Below, in pieces: positions 24,831 through 38,769 of a stretch of DNA of 64,000 nucleotides. Under the pieces are notes generated by a model, which saw nothing but the letters and a program-made list of their open reading frames with translations, did not search any database and was not told where the DNA came from. Position numbers and translations under genes: made by a program. Source of the DNA: Selaginella moellendorffii (lineage: Eukaryota; Plantae; Lycopodiophyta). The stretch covers positions 983,586-1,047,585 of the forward strand of contig NW_003314290.1 in NCBI RefSeq assembly GCF_000143415.4, in the 5' to 3' direction. The first letter of the stretch is position 1, and every line of letters begins with the position of its first letter.

Positions 24831-26420
24831 TCATCTCCTCCTTTCAAAATGATGGAAGATAGTTAGAGTTCTTTAGTGGAACATCAAGATTGGGGGAACA
24901 TCAAGAGGAGGCATCGGTGAATTTGGGGGAACATCAAGAGAAGCCATTGGTGGATTTATAAGTGGTGTTAATTTTTCTTGATAGCGTTTCAACCACTACA
25001 CATACACAATTCCTAGAGGATCAGCCTATTAGATGTCATACCAAACCTCATAAATTCGGCCGGGATTTGGGGGAACATCAAGAGGAGGCATTGGTGGATT
25101 TATAGGTGGTGCTAGTTTTTCTTGATAGCTTTGTACAAAGTGTTTCAGCCATTGCGTATACAAAATTCCTGGAGGATTGGCCTATTAAATGTCATACCAA
25201 ACCTCATAAATTCGGCCGGGATTTGGGGGAACATCAAGCATTAGTGGATTTGTAAGTGGTGTTAGTTTTTCTTAATAGCTTTGTACAAAGTGTTTCAGCC
25301 ACTACACATACACATTTCTTGGAGGATCGGCCTGTTAGATGTCTTATAGAACCTCAAAAATTTACAATCCACCTTGCAAAACACCTGATATAGTCCTTGC
25401 ATTGAGTAAGGAGCCCTTTAAACAAACCATGTACCATAAAATTAGAAAAACAAACTGACACCAAGTCATCCACTTTATACTCCATAAATGAATGATGATG
25501 GGAGTTATAGTGTTATTGTTGTCCCACTTGTATACAACCTAAATATTCAGCAAATTCTGTTTAGACCAATAAAAGAATGATTAGCAAATATTGATCCCAA
25601 GACCTAGCATTAGTAGCTTGTAGCAATCCTAAAGGTAAACTCAACTCTATTGGTAATATTGAATCATGACTATATAGAAGTTTATATGGTGAAGCACCAA
25701 CAAAACTTTGCACCTCTATGACATACACATAAGAAAAGGGCAAATAACCATTTTAATCCGAATGCTAAAAGCTCATATACTTTACAATCATTCCTTTGAA
25801 GATCCGAACAAGCCATTCCACTAAACCATCTACCCATGGATAATAAACATTTGTGAAAGTGCGGTGTATCCCTAATTGAGACGTTAAAATGTGAAATGCC
25901 TTAGCTATAAATGCAGGATTATTATTTGAAACAATTCACTCTGGATAGGATTGCTAGAACACTACTCAATTGAGGAGGAAGTATCTAATAATAGTTTTAG
26001 ATGCACTAGTAAGAGCATTGACTTTTGCCTAGTGAGTTGAATAGTTAAAAACAATAATGATATACTTATTGCCAACAGTCAACCGTGGAAAAATCCCTAT
26101 TAGATTAAAGACCACTAACTCAAATGGACAAGAGACTATAATTGACTCTAACCAGCCTTCTGCATTACAAGGGGGAGTATTACGAGCTTTGTATCAAACA
26201 CAATTACGCATATACTAGATAAAATCATATTATATTTTTGGGTAATAGAAAGATTTGTGTAGCTTCTCAGTCACATGATAATATCCCATATGCCCGCATA
26301 GAATAGGAGAATTATAGTAAGCATTGAGAAAGTATGGAATAAAGATCAAAGGCACCACTAGCCATAAATGATCATTAGGATCTGTCCCCACAAAATAAAG
26401 AAGATCATCTTTATTAAAAA
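24831..26420 (-). pseudogene. Highly degenerate Ty3/gypsy integrase and 3' region (family E)
   Basis: GHMGYYHVTEKLHKSFYYPKI zinc finger, PFELV..GNKYIIV, YYPWVDGLVE, GASPYKLLY. A PPT-like purine tract lies next to a probable LTR start at ~24830. Confidence 0.7.
24888..25360 (+). repeat. Tandem triplication, ~155-bp unit
   Basis: Recurring GATTTGGGGGAACATCAAG...AACCTCATAAATTC units. Confidence 0.85.
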
Positions 26421-27269
26421 TATAAATACTAAAATGGCAAGTTATTATCAAGTGATGTAGGATTTTTAAACCCATCGCGAAGCCTTCGGATCCAAGACTC
26501 AATCTTTTGAGCCTCACAAATTTGCTCCACACCTTATAAATATTGAACACCAAGTACAATAACTACTAATAGCTCAAAATCCTTGTTAAAAAAATCCATA
26601 AATGCTAGAACAACAAGTTTATCAAAAACATGAAAAAAAGAGCAAAAAAGGAAGATGAGCTCGAGAAAGGGCATTAGTATCAACCATAAAACTCCCAAAG
26701 CAATGAACAATATTGAAATTATATATCTAAAACTTCAAAGCCCACTAAGCAGTATAACCAACTTCTGCTTCAATAATGAAGTAATTGCAACATAATCACC
26801 TTCTAGTAATGTCCAAGAATCATGTAGATATGTATGAAATTTCTCAAAACCTTAAATTATTGCTAAACACTCCTATCGTGGAGTAGTTTACCTTTGTTGG
26901 TTATAATGTATGGTTGATGTATACAATAGAATGCTGTTGACCAAGCACACTTAGGCTCTTTTGTATCAACACATCTTTAAGACCAACATCAAAAACATCC
27001 ACACCGAAAATGAAAAGTCAAGTGTATTTAGGTTTTAGCAAAATTGGAGAAGTCGTTAACAACTCTTTGAAATCTGTAAACACACACTCACAATCTATGG
27101 ACCAAATGAAAGATGTTAACAACTTTAACAATGCTTGCAATAATGCAATATGATAAAAAAGATAATCAATGAAATAGCCAAAATATTGCACCTTGCATAA
27201 AAAGCATTACATATAATTCATACACTTTGGAGTAGGGAATTTAAAAACAGCCACAAATTTGTCAGAATC

Positions 27270-27837
27270 AACTAGCCCAGTACTATTCAAACCTTATGAT
27301 GCTTAACCCCAACCTCAAATATCCCAAAACCCTTAACCGATTGGAGTATTATTCAAACCTTAGGACGCTTAACTCCAACCCTAAATATCTTATAATCCTT
27401 AATCAATTGGAAAAGGGGGTGCACTTTTATTCATGGGCCCTTTCCCTTTATATTTGAACCCTTATGAATTGTCTTTTCAATCGTTCTCTTTCGTTGTTTA
27501 CAATCCATCACACTTCCTTACAAATTCACGCCCTCGTGAACAGAAGTTAAGAGTTGTAGCTCTCCCAAAAGCTTTACTTTCTTGGCACTCTACCCTTGAG
27601 GGTAAATTAGACTTATTAAATATTTATCTCAATATATGGTGTGATTCCCCTAAGCCAATCAACAGAGTCGAACTTGAGACCTTTCTGATACCAAATGTAA
27701 GATTTTGAATTTAGACTTTTCGAGAAGTCACCTACCCCAATACTATTCAAAATTTATGATGCTTAACCCTAAGTATCCCAAAACTTTTAACTGATTGGAA
27801 AAAAAAGTGCATTTTTATTCATGGTCCCTTTCCCTCT
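27270..27837 (-). mobile_element. TRIM2, degenerate; 5' LTR interrupted by a family A element
   Basis: LTR ending CTTACA at ~27521, then a PPT-like tract, ~175 bp of interior and minus-strand PBS TGGTATCAGAAA (~27682-27693). The second LTR starts TGTAAG at 27696 and shares TACTATTCAAA..GATGCTTAACCC..TTGGAAAA with the first. Confidence 0.75.
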
Positions 27838-30800
27838 TGTTGCGAATGTGACTTTGGGTATCGAAAGTTACCTGTCGGCTAATCCTCTCAGATATTCTTT
27901 CCTTACTGCCACAATGGCAGGAGGTCGGTATTGCTGGGCACGTTATCAATTTTCACTTGGGCTAGTTGAGAAATTAGTCAATGACCGTGTACTTAAATTG
28001 GATAAATATAAGGTAGGAACCCTATGTGTTTCTTGCTAATTATACTTGGCCTGGTTTGAGAAACTCCTGTCTTTAGCTTGCACTTGCTAGTATCAAGAAC
28101 CACCACGATATTGAGATTGGTCCCTCAATATTTGCTAGATGATAGCTTACCGTGTCTACCAAACACCTTCGCTATCACCCTTTGTATTAGTTTCATTTTG
28201 GTCCCAAAATGCTATTTATGGAAAGTGTCCAGATTTGCTCATTTGGCATATCTACAAAATGTAGAGATCGGCCTGAACACAACGGTGTTCGCCCCATGTC
28301 CAAATTTGCAATCTAAAGATATTCTATATTTAGTAAGTTTCAAGTTTGTCCCAAAGACTAACTCCTGATACTAAGGGAGATACTAAGGGAGGCTTGGGGT
28401 GAAAGCCCAAAGCGTATGTTCCTCAAGGGGGGGGGGGGGGGGGGGGNNNNNNNNNNNNNNNNNNNNNNNNNNNNNNNNNNNNNNNNNNNNNNNNNNNNNN
28501 NNNNNNNNNNNNNNNNNNNNNNNNNNNNNNNNNNNNNNNNNNNNNNCTTGGCTCCATGCTTGGGAGTTTGGCACCGTTCCTTCGTTCAGTGGCCCAAAGC
28601 CTTGAACCTTGGGTGGATTTGAGATGGATCATAGGATGGATTTGAGATGTTCTGTTTGCACAAGTTTTCACTTGGGCTCGTGAGTGAGGCACATTAGCAA
28701 CTCAAGATTACACTTTGAGTTGGCAAGATTAATGTTAGCATATCAGTGGTACCATAAGTTGTTCCAATGGTTTCATGAGTTGTTCCTTGTACTATGGGAA
28801 AAAGTAAACTTTCCTTGGGTTTGCTATAAGTGGCAAATAGGTTGGTCTATAGCTATTTAGCATGGCACTAGTGGATCCTTCCTAGGCATGATTATAAGTG
28901 GATCAAACAAGACTGTAGGGATTAGTCTATTGGTTTAAGTAGTCATTGTTGTGCTCTTTCATAAAATTTTCTTGGATTGGACTGAAGGTAGTGCGAAAGC
29001 AAGCTTGAGGTTTAATCAAGATGAGACAAAAAAAAAGGAGTCGTTAGGGACGAAGGATCAAACATGTAAATCATTTATCTCTTTGGAGAGATGATTCACA
29101 GCGAGGTATGACTCATTGCTCGTGTTCACATTATGCAATCAAGAGTCCCTACTTTGATGCATGTTGGAAATGATGGTCTTACAATGGTGAGTTGTGGGAT
29201 GCATAGCGGTGAAGCGCTATACCATTTTGTCTAGACTTGCTATTGGAAAGCTTGGGATACAATGTTCAATTCTTCTCCAGGAAACCTTGCTATTGCTCCT
29301 TGAGTAGCTTGGTATTGGATTAGTGTTGAGTTTGGTTGGAAAGAGAGTGGCATGAGCTTGTCTGTGTTGTGAACAAAAATTAGTGGTGTTGGGTGTTATA
29401 AATCTTTATTGGTGGAGTGTGGCATTTATGTTATATTTTGTCGAATCGAGTTGACACTTGATATTCACATAAACCTTTGAAGTAATGACATTGGCATTGC
29501 TGTGGTGTTGCTTGATTGATGATCAAGACATTTGGATTTTTATATCATATCCATGTGATAATGAGCAATGTGTTTACGAAGTTGCTTGGTCAAAAGATGA
29601 TCAACCCCAAAGTGGTTGATGGTGAAGGTAGTCTACTTGTATGTAGTAGCATTGTAGTGGCTTTGACTAGATTCTCGACAGTGGTTCATTATGGTAAGCT
29701 TAAGTTGGTACGTTGTTTCTTTGAGGGTTTGCCCATTAAGGTGTTGGAAAAAGGTTGTAGCATTCATTTGCTATAGCTTATTAGTTGATCTCTTAGCACT
29801 TGGAGTAGATTGTTGGATGGAGAAGGTGTGTAGTAAAGCATTGAAATTGCTAACACTCATGTTAGTGGAAGTGGCATTGTTGTTCAAGTGATGAGGAATT
29901 TTCCTTAGAACTTGATTTTCCATGTCATTTTTCTTGTTAGTGTTTTGGCTTCATATTGGATCTTGAAGGTGGTTGAAGAAGAGTGTTAGTGCAATATGGA
30001 TATCCGAAGATGTGGTCTTCGTGATCAAGCATTAAATGTTCACTTTGCATTTTGTGGATGTCGGTATTGGATGTTGGAAGAATGAGCAAAGATGTTCGAA
30101 TATTATTGGATCATGAGAATTTGTGTCAAAGCGAAACTATGTGAAATTGTTAGTAGGAAGAAGTTGGTTGAGTCTTGAAAGTTTGCATTCCTGAACTGAG
30201 AGTCATTCTTTCTCTAGGATGGAAATTTTCCACAAATTTTCTTAGAATTTTTCAATGGTTGATTTGTTAATCAACTTACTCGAAAACCATTCCATTTTCT
30301 TAAGCTAGTACAAACTAGTGAAGGGGTTAGAGTTGACTTTGGTTAGCTTAGACCTTAGTAGGTAGCTTGTGTGATGCGATCCAAAAGGGATGCTAACTTT
30401 TGGGGCTAAGGCAATTGAGTTGGATAAAGTCTGGAGTTGGTATAGAAAAATGGCTATTGCGCTTTTCTAAGAAGGGTGACCCTTGTGCCTTTCTTATGTA
30501 GTGTTATGCTAGGTGGCTGGATGCACCTTGCATTTCAATAAACTCTATAAGAGTCATGAGCTTTCACTGATCTTGACTTGGTTAAGGTGGCCTTGCACCT
30601 TGATTAAGGATGGTGATGTCCAACTTAGTTGTTTGAGGTTGAGATGTTGATACCCATACCATAGCTTTGTCTATGAGGAGGTTGTGTACTAATATAAGTC
30701 CATTTCATGGTCTTCACTTTAGTTTCGACTGAGTATTGATCATGCATAGTTAGCCTCTTTAAGGCATGCTCAAAGCTGTTGGCTAGACATGTCAGTGAAC

Positions 30801-33800
30801 TTATTGCGGTTGAGTTGGATTTGAGTAGTCATTTAGTTTGTGCTTATCCATGAACCTTTATCTCATGTTTGGGGTATTACATTCATGTTGGACAAGTATA
30901 CGACTTGATGGCATGAGTTTAGTGTTTGGGTCTTATAAAAGCAAGTTGAAGGGTGATTGTTAGTTGCTTTGCGACTAGTGATTGCTTGTAGACTTCGTCA
31001 AGGACTGTTGACAGTTGCTTTGCTCGATGAAGATTTATCAGTGATGGGTTTGCTTTATTGGATGGTGTTGCAGAGGATCGTGTCGTTAGATTTATATAGG
31101 TTTTCCATGTTGGCATATTGACTCTACCTCTATCGATATCATTTGGTTGCGCTTAGTCCATAGTGTTGGATTTCATGAAGTCTTGGATGTGGTGAGTCAC
31201 TCCTCGATAATGTGTTATCTGTAACTGAGTTTTGTTGAAGGATTGGTCTTGGATACTAGGTACTTCGGGTACTTTGGTTAGCTTGGTTGCAAGAGAGTTT
31301 TGAGTGGTGATTCACTTTTGCTTTCTTCTAGTTTTGTTATGGTGTTGATGGCATTAAAGTGATGCTTTGTCGTTAACATTATTTGATGTTGAGATTCAAG
31401 TGAGATGAAATATTTCTCCTTAGGATTGATGTTGAGTTTCATTAGTCTCGATAAAGATAGTGTTGATGATTTAGCTATGGCTTTATGTTATTGGCATTTG
31501 TGCATTTGCTAGTTAACAACTGTATTGACGTTCAAATGAACTAAGTGGCAAGCGAAGTTAGTTATATTCTAGATGAGATTATTTAGTAGGGGTTGAGCTT
31601 TGAGCTTTTCCTTGAAAAGTGATTTAGTCATGGACTATGCTAGCCTTACGAGAAGAAGAGTTAGTGATTGATATTGAGGTGATTGAATCTTTGTTAGATT
31701 TCAATTGGGATATATCAATCATTGATGACTCTTCTTATGCTTATTATGAAGTGAGTTACATTTTGCTATAAAAGATGGATTCATGGAGGATTGTTTGGTA
31801 ATCACTTGTTGAGCATAAGTTCATTGTGTTTGGCTTTTGGATTGATGCAAATATGCTCTTCATTAGCTTTGGCATTATGAAGTTTAGCTTATGGATATAT
31901 TGAGGAGAATATTGTGGGTTGTACCATGATTTCTTTTTTCACATTGAAGTTGGTTCATGCGAGACTCATGATCATTATTAAGCAAGACTTGGCTATAGGC
32001 TTCTTCGAGCTTTTGGTTTTTTGAGTTTGTTATGCTCATTGTTCCATTTGTTAGAAGTTGTTGAGGAAGGTATTTTGGCTCATTAGCTTCGATGTTGAAG
32101 TTGGCTTTTGCATCTAATAATCATTGGTGATGATTGACTATTATCTAGGGTAGTTGATTATCTTTATCAAAGGTTTTGCTTAATTATTGTTGGTATAAAA
32201 TGATTTGCTGTTTTTCGAGATTGTAGATTCTTTCTTCGACAATGATTATGCATCTCTTCAATGGTGGGATGATTAATGATTTTTCATGATGGTTAGTCGT
32301 TTGCGTTGATGGCTTATGGCTTTTCACAATACTACATGTTCTTTGTGATTTACTTTGGATTGGTCTTTTGGGTTTAAGACATCAGTAGGATGTTGCTGAC
32401 ACTTGCTTAGACAACTTGAGTTCCTTGGTGTTGTTAGTTGGGATCTATTTGGATTGGCTAGTGTGATAGCTAGCATGAACGAACGTTTGTTGGTCTTGCT
32501 ACATTCATTCTATTTTGTTGATTATTGCTCAAGTTAGTTTCGATAGACTAAAATGTTATTTCTTTCGGGTGATACATTCGTGAATATCTTGCTTGCCAGT
32601 CAATGATACTTTGTGTTCTTTAAGTTATCTTTCGTAAGTTATTTGGCATTTTGTCGGCAATATTTGATAAGTTAAGCTTTATCATTGAGTTTACTTGATG
32701 ATATACTTGCTATTGAATTTTGTTGGATGGTGCATCTTGTGTTTACCAATTATGATGATCTTGGTGGTTTCTATACTATAATACTAGTTTATCGGATGAT
32801 AACTTACTTGGAATACTTTTGTGTTCTCAACTAAGATTTATTCACTGATAATTAAGTCTCTAAAATATCATTGTCTATGACTTTGATATTGTCCATTTAT
32901 TGATCTTTGCATTTGGGCCAGTATAGGCAAACTGGTTTCGACACTTCATGTGCATGGTGAAATCTTTAGTCGTGGGGTAGCTACTGTCAACTGGTCAAAT
33001 CACTTGCCTCTCTGTCGATGTTCCTTATTTTGTTAAAAGAGCATGACCATGTAAACAACTCTAAATGCCTATTTACAATAGTTTATCTAAACCTTACCAA
33101 CGGGTTTGTTTTCTTTGCTTAGAGGGTTGGGGCCTCTGGCTTCTCTCTTTATGTCCCTGCGGGCAAGGGCATATCACACTTTTGTAAGCTACGTGATGCC
33201 CGGAGCAGCAAGGGTGGTTAACTCTGTTGGTTATTTCCTTGTCAGCAACGGCCGGAAGGTGTCTGAGTGGGTAGTGCATCCGCATTAGACATAAAGATTG
33301 CTTTATAACTCATTTAAGTTGGTGCATTTCTCACATACTGTGAATACCGTGAACTTTTTCTAGAGTTGTTGGTGGTATTCTAGACTCGAGTATGCATTGA
33401 CGAGGACGTCAATCTTCCCTAGGGGGGAGAGTGTTGCGAATGTGACTTCAGGTATCGAAAGTTACCTGTCGACTAGTCCTTTCAGATATTCTTTCCTTAC
33501 TGCCACGATGGTAGGAGGTCGGTATTGCTAGGCCCGTTATTAGTTTCCACTTGGGCTAGTTGAGAAACTAGTCAATGACCGTGTACTTAAATCGGATAAA
33601 TATAAGGTAGGAACCCTATGTGTTTCTTGCTGATTATACTCGGCCTGGTTTGAGAAACTCCTGTCTTTAGCCTGCACTCGCTAGTATCAAGAACCCTCGC
33701 GATATTGAGATTGGTCCCTCAATATTCACTAGATGATAGCTTACCGTGTTTGCCAAACACCCTCGCTATTATGCCCTTTGTGTTAGTCTCATTTTGGTCC

Positions 33801-33900
33801 CAAAATGCTATTTATGAAAAATGTCCAGATTTGCTGATTTGGCATATCTATAGAATGTAGAGATCAGCCTGAACATAATGGTGTTTATCCCATGTCCAAA
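27838..33900 (+). mobile_element. Family A LARD copy 2 (5' LTR end and PBS deleted, 3' LTR truncated)
   Basis: LTR start TGTTGCGAATGTGAC at 27838 and again at 33432 after the PPT. The interior is collinear with 4160-9017. Contains an N gap. Confidence 0.88.
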
Positions 33901-36521
33901 TTGGATTTTGAAAGTGGTTGAAGAAAAGTGTTAATGCAATGTGGATATCTGAAGATATAGTCTTCATGATCAAGCCTTGGATGTTCACTTTGCATTTTGC
34001 GGATGTCAGTGTTGGATGTTGGATATATGGGCAAAGATGTTCGATGCTTAAGCATATTGTTGGATCATGAAAATTTGTGTTAAAGTGAACCTATGTGAAG
34101 TAGTAGGTAAGAGGAAGTTAGTTGAGTCTTGAAAGTTTGCTTTCCTAAACTAAGAGTCATTCTTTCTCTAGGATGGAAAATTTTTCCACAAATTTTCTTA
34201 GACTTTTCGAATGGCTAATCTGTTGATTACTTTGCCTGAAAACCATTCTGTTTCCATAAGCCAATACAAACTAGTGAAGGGGTTTGAGTTGACTTTGGTC
34301 AGCCTAAACCTTAGTAGGTAGTTTGTATGATGCGACCCGAAAGGAATGCTGACTTTTGGGGCTAAGGCAATTGAGTTGGATAAAGTCTGAAGTTAGTATA
34401 AGAAAGTGACTATTACACTTTTCTAAGAAAAATAACCCTTGTGTCTTTCTTATGTAGCGTTATGCTTGGTGGCAAGTTGCACATTGCATTTCGTTAAACT
34501 CTATGAGAGTAGTGAGCTCTCACTGATTTTGACTTAGTCTTGGTAGCCTTGTGCCTTGGTTGAGGATGGTGATGTCCAACTTAGTTGTTTAAGGTTAAGA
34601 TATTGGTACCTGTATTATAGCTTTGTCTATAAGGAGGTTATGTACCAATATAAGTCCATCTCATAGTCTTCATTTTAGTTTCGACTAAGTGTTGATCATG
34701 CATAGGTAGCCTTTTCAAGGCATGCTCAGGGTTGTTGGCTAAATGCATTAGTGAGCTTATTGCGGTTGAGTTGGATTGATCATTTAGTTTATGCTTATCC
34801 ATGAACTTTTATCTCATGTCTGGGATATTATATTCATGTTGGACAAGTATATAACTCAATGGCATGAGTTTAGTGTTTGGGTCTTATGAAGGCAAGTTGA
34901 AGAGTGATTATTAGTTGTTTTGCGAACTAATGATTACTTGTAGACTTCGTCAAGGACTGTTAACACTTGCTTCACTCGATGAAGATTTATCAGTGATGGG
35001 TTAACTTTACCGGATGATGCTGCAAAGGATTGTGTTGTTAAACTTACATGGGGTTTTCTATGTTGGCATATCGACTCTACTCTGTCAATATCATTTGGAT
35101 ATGTTTAGTTTGTAGTGTTGGATTTCTTGGAGTCTTGGATGTGGTGATTCACTTCTTGAGGAAGTGTTATCTATAACTGAGTTTTGCTGAAGGATTGGTC
35201 TTGGATACTGAGTAAAGTATCTTCGACCTTGGTTAGCTTAATTGCTAGAGAGTTTTGAGTGGTGATTCACTTGTGCTTTCTTCTAGCTTTGTTATGGTGT
35301 TGATGGCATTGCAGTGATGCCTTGTCATTGATATTATTGATGTTAAGATTTGAGTGAAATGAGATGTTTGTCCGAAAGATTAATGTTGAGTTTCATTAGT
35401 TTCGATGATGATAGTGTTGATGATTTGGCTATGGCTTTGTGTTATTGGCATTCATGCATTTGTTAGTTAGCAATTATGTTAGTGTTCAAAGAAGCTAAGT
35501 GGCAAGTTTGAGTTAGTTGCGTTCTAGACGAGATTATTTAGTAGAGGTTGAGTTTTGGCTCTTCCTTGAAAAATGATTCAATCATGGACTATACTAGCTT
35601 TACAAGATGAAGAGTTAGTGATTGATATTGAAATATTTAAATCCTTGTTGGATTTGAGTTGGAATATATCAATCATTGATGATTCTTTTTGTGCTTGTTA
35701 TGAAGTGAGTTACGTCTTGCTATAAATGGATTCGTGGAGGATCATTTAGTGATCACTTGTTGAGCATAGCTCCACTATGATTGGCTTTTGGATTAATGTA
35801 GATATGCTCTTCATTAGCTTTGCATTATGAAATTTAGCTTATGGATATATTGAAGAGGATATTATGGATTGCACAATGATTTCTTTTTTAGCATTGAAAT
35901 TAGTTTATGCGAGAGTCATGATCATTGGTAAGCAAAGCATGTGTTCCTCAAGGGGGGGGGGGGGGGGGTTATGGGGGTTCTAAATGTATAGTAGGGATAG
36001 TGGGTAGGTCGTGTATGGCCGACCAACCTAAAGCATAATCTAGCTTCTGCTTGTGTGCCTGTCTTTGTTTTGCGTCCGGCTTAGGTCTAAGCCCAAGTTC
36101 TATACCATGCTAGTTGGTAGAGTACCCATATCCTCGGATTAGGCCACCGGTATGCTGAAATAGCACCAAACTCCGTTTGGCTCTGTTTTGTGTGCTAGTC
36201 CTGACATTGGGATGTTGGATGCTCTAGGATTGTTCCAAGTCACTCCATGCTCCTATCCCTTCACTCCTTAGGCTGGATGCTCAAGAGTTGCTCCGTGGTT
36301 CAGTTTCTTTGTTCCTTGACTCCATGCTTGGGAGTTCGGCTCCATTCCTTCATTTAGTGGCCCAAGGCTCTGAAACTCGGGTTTGACACCATTATCCTTT
36401 GGACACATGGCATGTGACACATGGCATTTGACATGTGGCACATGGAGGGTTTAGGTTCTACTTCATGGTTATCCTATGGTAAATCACTATAGGATAAAGG
36501 GTAAAAACTACGTGCATTACA
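33901..36521 (+). mobile_element. Family A internal fragment joined to a 3' half-LTR
   Basis: 33901-35930 resembles 5537-7570 and then jumps to the LTR middle (CAAAGCATGTGTTCCTC). It ends GCATTACA at 36521. Confidence 0.8.
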
Positions 36522-38769
36522 CTGTCCTTGTTCTGTGTCCAACTTGAGTCTAAGCCCAAGTTCCATACCATATTAGTTGGTGGAGTACCCATATCCTCAT
36601 ATTAAGCCACAAGTATACTAAAATAGTGCCAGATTTTGTTTGGTTTTGTTTTGCATGTTGGTTCTAGCATTGGGATGTTTGATGCTTTATGACTGTTCCA
36701 AGTCACTCTATGCTTTTGTCCCTTTGCTTCTTGGGCTCTATGCTCAAGAGGTGCACCATGCTTTAGTTCTGTCGCTCCTTGACTCCATGCTTGGGAGTTT
36801 GGCTTCGTTCTTTTGTTCAGTGGCCCAAGGCCCTGAAACTTGGGTTCCACACCACTGTCCTTTGGACACGTGGCATATGTCATATGGCATATGGTTCCGT
36901 TTCGTGGTGTTATCCTATGGTAAATCACCATAGGATAAAAGGTAAAAACTATGTGCGCTACATTTGGTATTAGAGCATGAGTTTCAAAGAGTACTATTCA
37001 ATGAGATTGGGCAATTAGTCCTTTTGCATGTGCAAAGATGAAAACGATGATCCAAGTGGGTACACATTTGGGTGCAAATGCTTTGCATTCGTTCCTTGGG
37101 TTGACAAAACTTCAAGAGCATTGAATTCACAAGGTAAGTGCTCTCTATCAACATCTTACATCCAACATATGAGCCCAAGCGAAAGTTCATATAATCTAGT
37201 ACAAAAGGTAATTAAATTTCATGGCAAAGGGAAATCTTCTCGAGATTTCACGAGCTTTGTTCTTACGATTTTTGGTTTACTGCTGCCAGGTTTTGAGAAG
37301 CCATCGGCGATCCAGCAGCGAGGAATCGTCCCGTTTTGCCGGGGCCTCGACGTGATCCAGCAAGCCCAGTCGGGGACCGGCAAGACCGCTTACATGAGTT
37401 TGTGCTTGAGCTCATGAGTGAGGCGCATTAGTAAATTAAGGTTACACTTTGAGTTGGTAGGATCAATGTTAGCCTATCGGTGGTTTCATGAGTTGTTCCT
37501 TGTATTGTGGATAAAAGTAAACTTTCCTTAGGTTTGCTAAGGGTGGCAAATAGGCTGGTTCGTAGTTGTTTAGCATGGCACTAGTAGATCCTTCTTAGGC
37601 ATGATTATAAATGGATCAATCAAAACTGTAGGGATTAATCTATTGATTCAAGTAGTCATTGCCATGCTCTTTCATAAACTTTTCTTGGATTTGACTGAAG
37701 GCAGTGCAAAAGCAAGCTTGAGGTTTTGTCAAAGTTAAGACCAAAAAGAGAGCTATTAAGGACAAGGGATCAAACACATAAATTATGTTCTCTTCTTGGA
37801 GAGATGATTCGCAACGAGGTGTGACTCATTGTCGTGTTCACATTATGCAATCAAGAGACTCTATCTTGATGCATGTTAGTTATGATAATCTTACAAGTGG
37901 TGAGTCATGGGATGGATAGTAATGAAATACTATACCATTTTGTCTAGGCTTGCTATTGAAGACTTGGGTTACAATATTCAATTCTTTTCTAGGGAACCTT
38001 GCTATTGCTCCTTGAGTAGCTTAGTGTTGGATTAATTTTGAGTTTGGTTAGAAAGAGAATGACATGAGCTTGTTCGTGTTGTGAATAAAAGTTAGTGATG
38101 TTAGGTGATATAAATTTCTATCGGTGGAGTGTGGCATTTATGTTGCATTTTGTCAAATCGAGTTGGCACTTGATATTCACATGAACATTTGTAGTAGTGA
38201 TATGGATGTTGCTTGTGCTGTTGCTCAATTGATGATCAAGTCATAATGATACTTATATCATATCCATGTGATAATGAGTAATGTATTTACAAAGTTGTTT
38301 AGTTATTCGATGATTAACCCCAAAGTGGTTGATAGAGAAGCTAGTCTACTTGCACGTAGTAGCATTGTAGTAGCTTTGACTTAGTTCTCAATAGTGATTT
38401 ATGATATGTTAAGCATATGTTGGTACCTTGTCTCCTTGAGTTTGCCCATTGAGGTGTTGAGCATTTATTTGTTATAGCTTTTCGGTTTATTTGTTAGCAT
38501 TTGGAGTAAATTATTAGATGGTGAAAGTGTGAAGTTGAAGCATTAGCAATGCTAACACTTGTGTTAGTGGAAGTGGCATTGTTATTTCGAGTGATGAGGA
38601 ATTCTCCTTAGACCTTGATTTTCTATATCATTTATCTTGTTAGTGTTTTAGCTTTACATTGGATCTTGAAAGTGATTGAAAAAGAGTGTTAGTGCAATGT
38701 GGATATCTGAAAATATATTCTTCACGATCAAGCCTTGGATGTTCATTTTGCATTTTGTAAATATTGGTG
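36522..38769 (+). mobile_element. Family A fragment: 3' part of 5' LTR, PBS and start of interior
   Basis: LTR end GCGCTACA at 36962, PBS TGGTATTAGAGC, interior similar to 4000-5650; cut by the B2 insertion at 38770. Confidence 0.85.
37290..37390 (+). pseudogene. eIF4A: Captured eIF4A (DEAD-box helicase) exon fragment with upstream intron end
   Basis: Translates [34 protein letters not shown] (Q motif plus motif I). Preceded by a T-rich tract and CAG acceptor. GC-rich compared with the flanks. Confidence 0.92.

Noticed and set aside
37028-37417. Functional eIF4A gene
   Set aside because: Only 34 codons are eIF4A; the rest of the ORF is retroelement and intron sequence.
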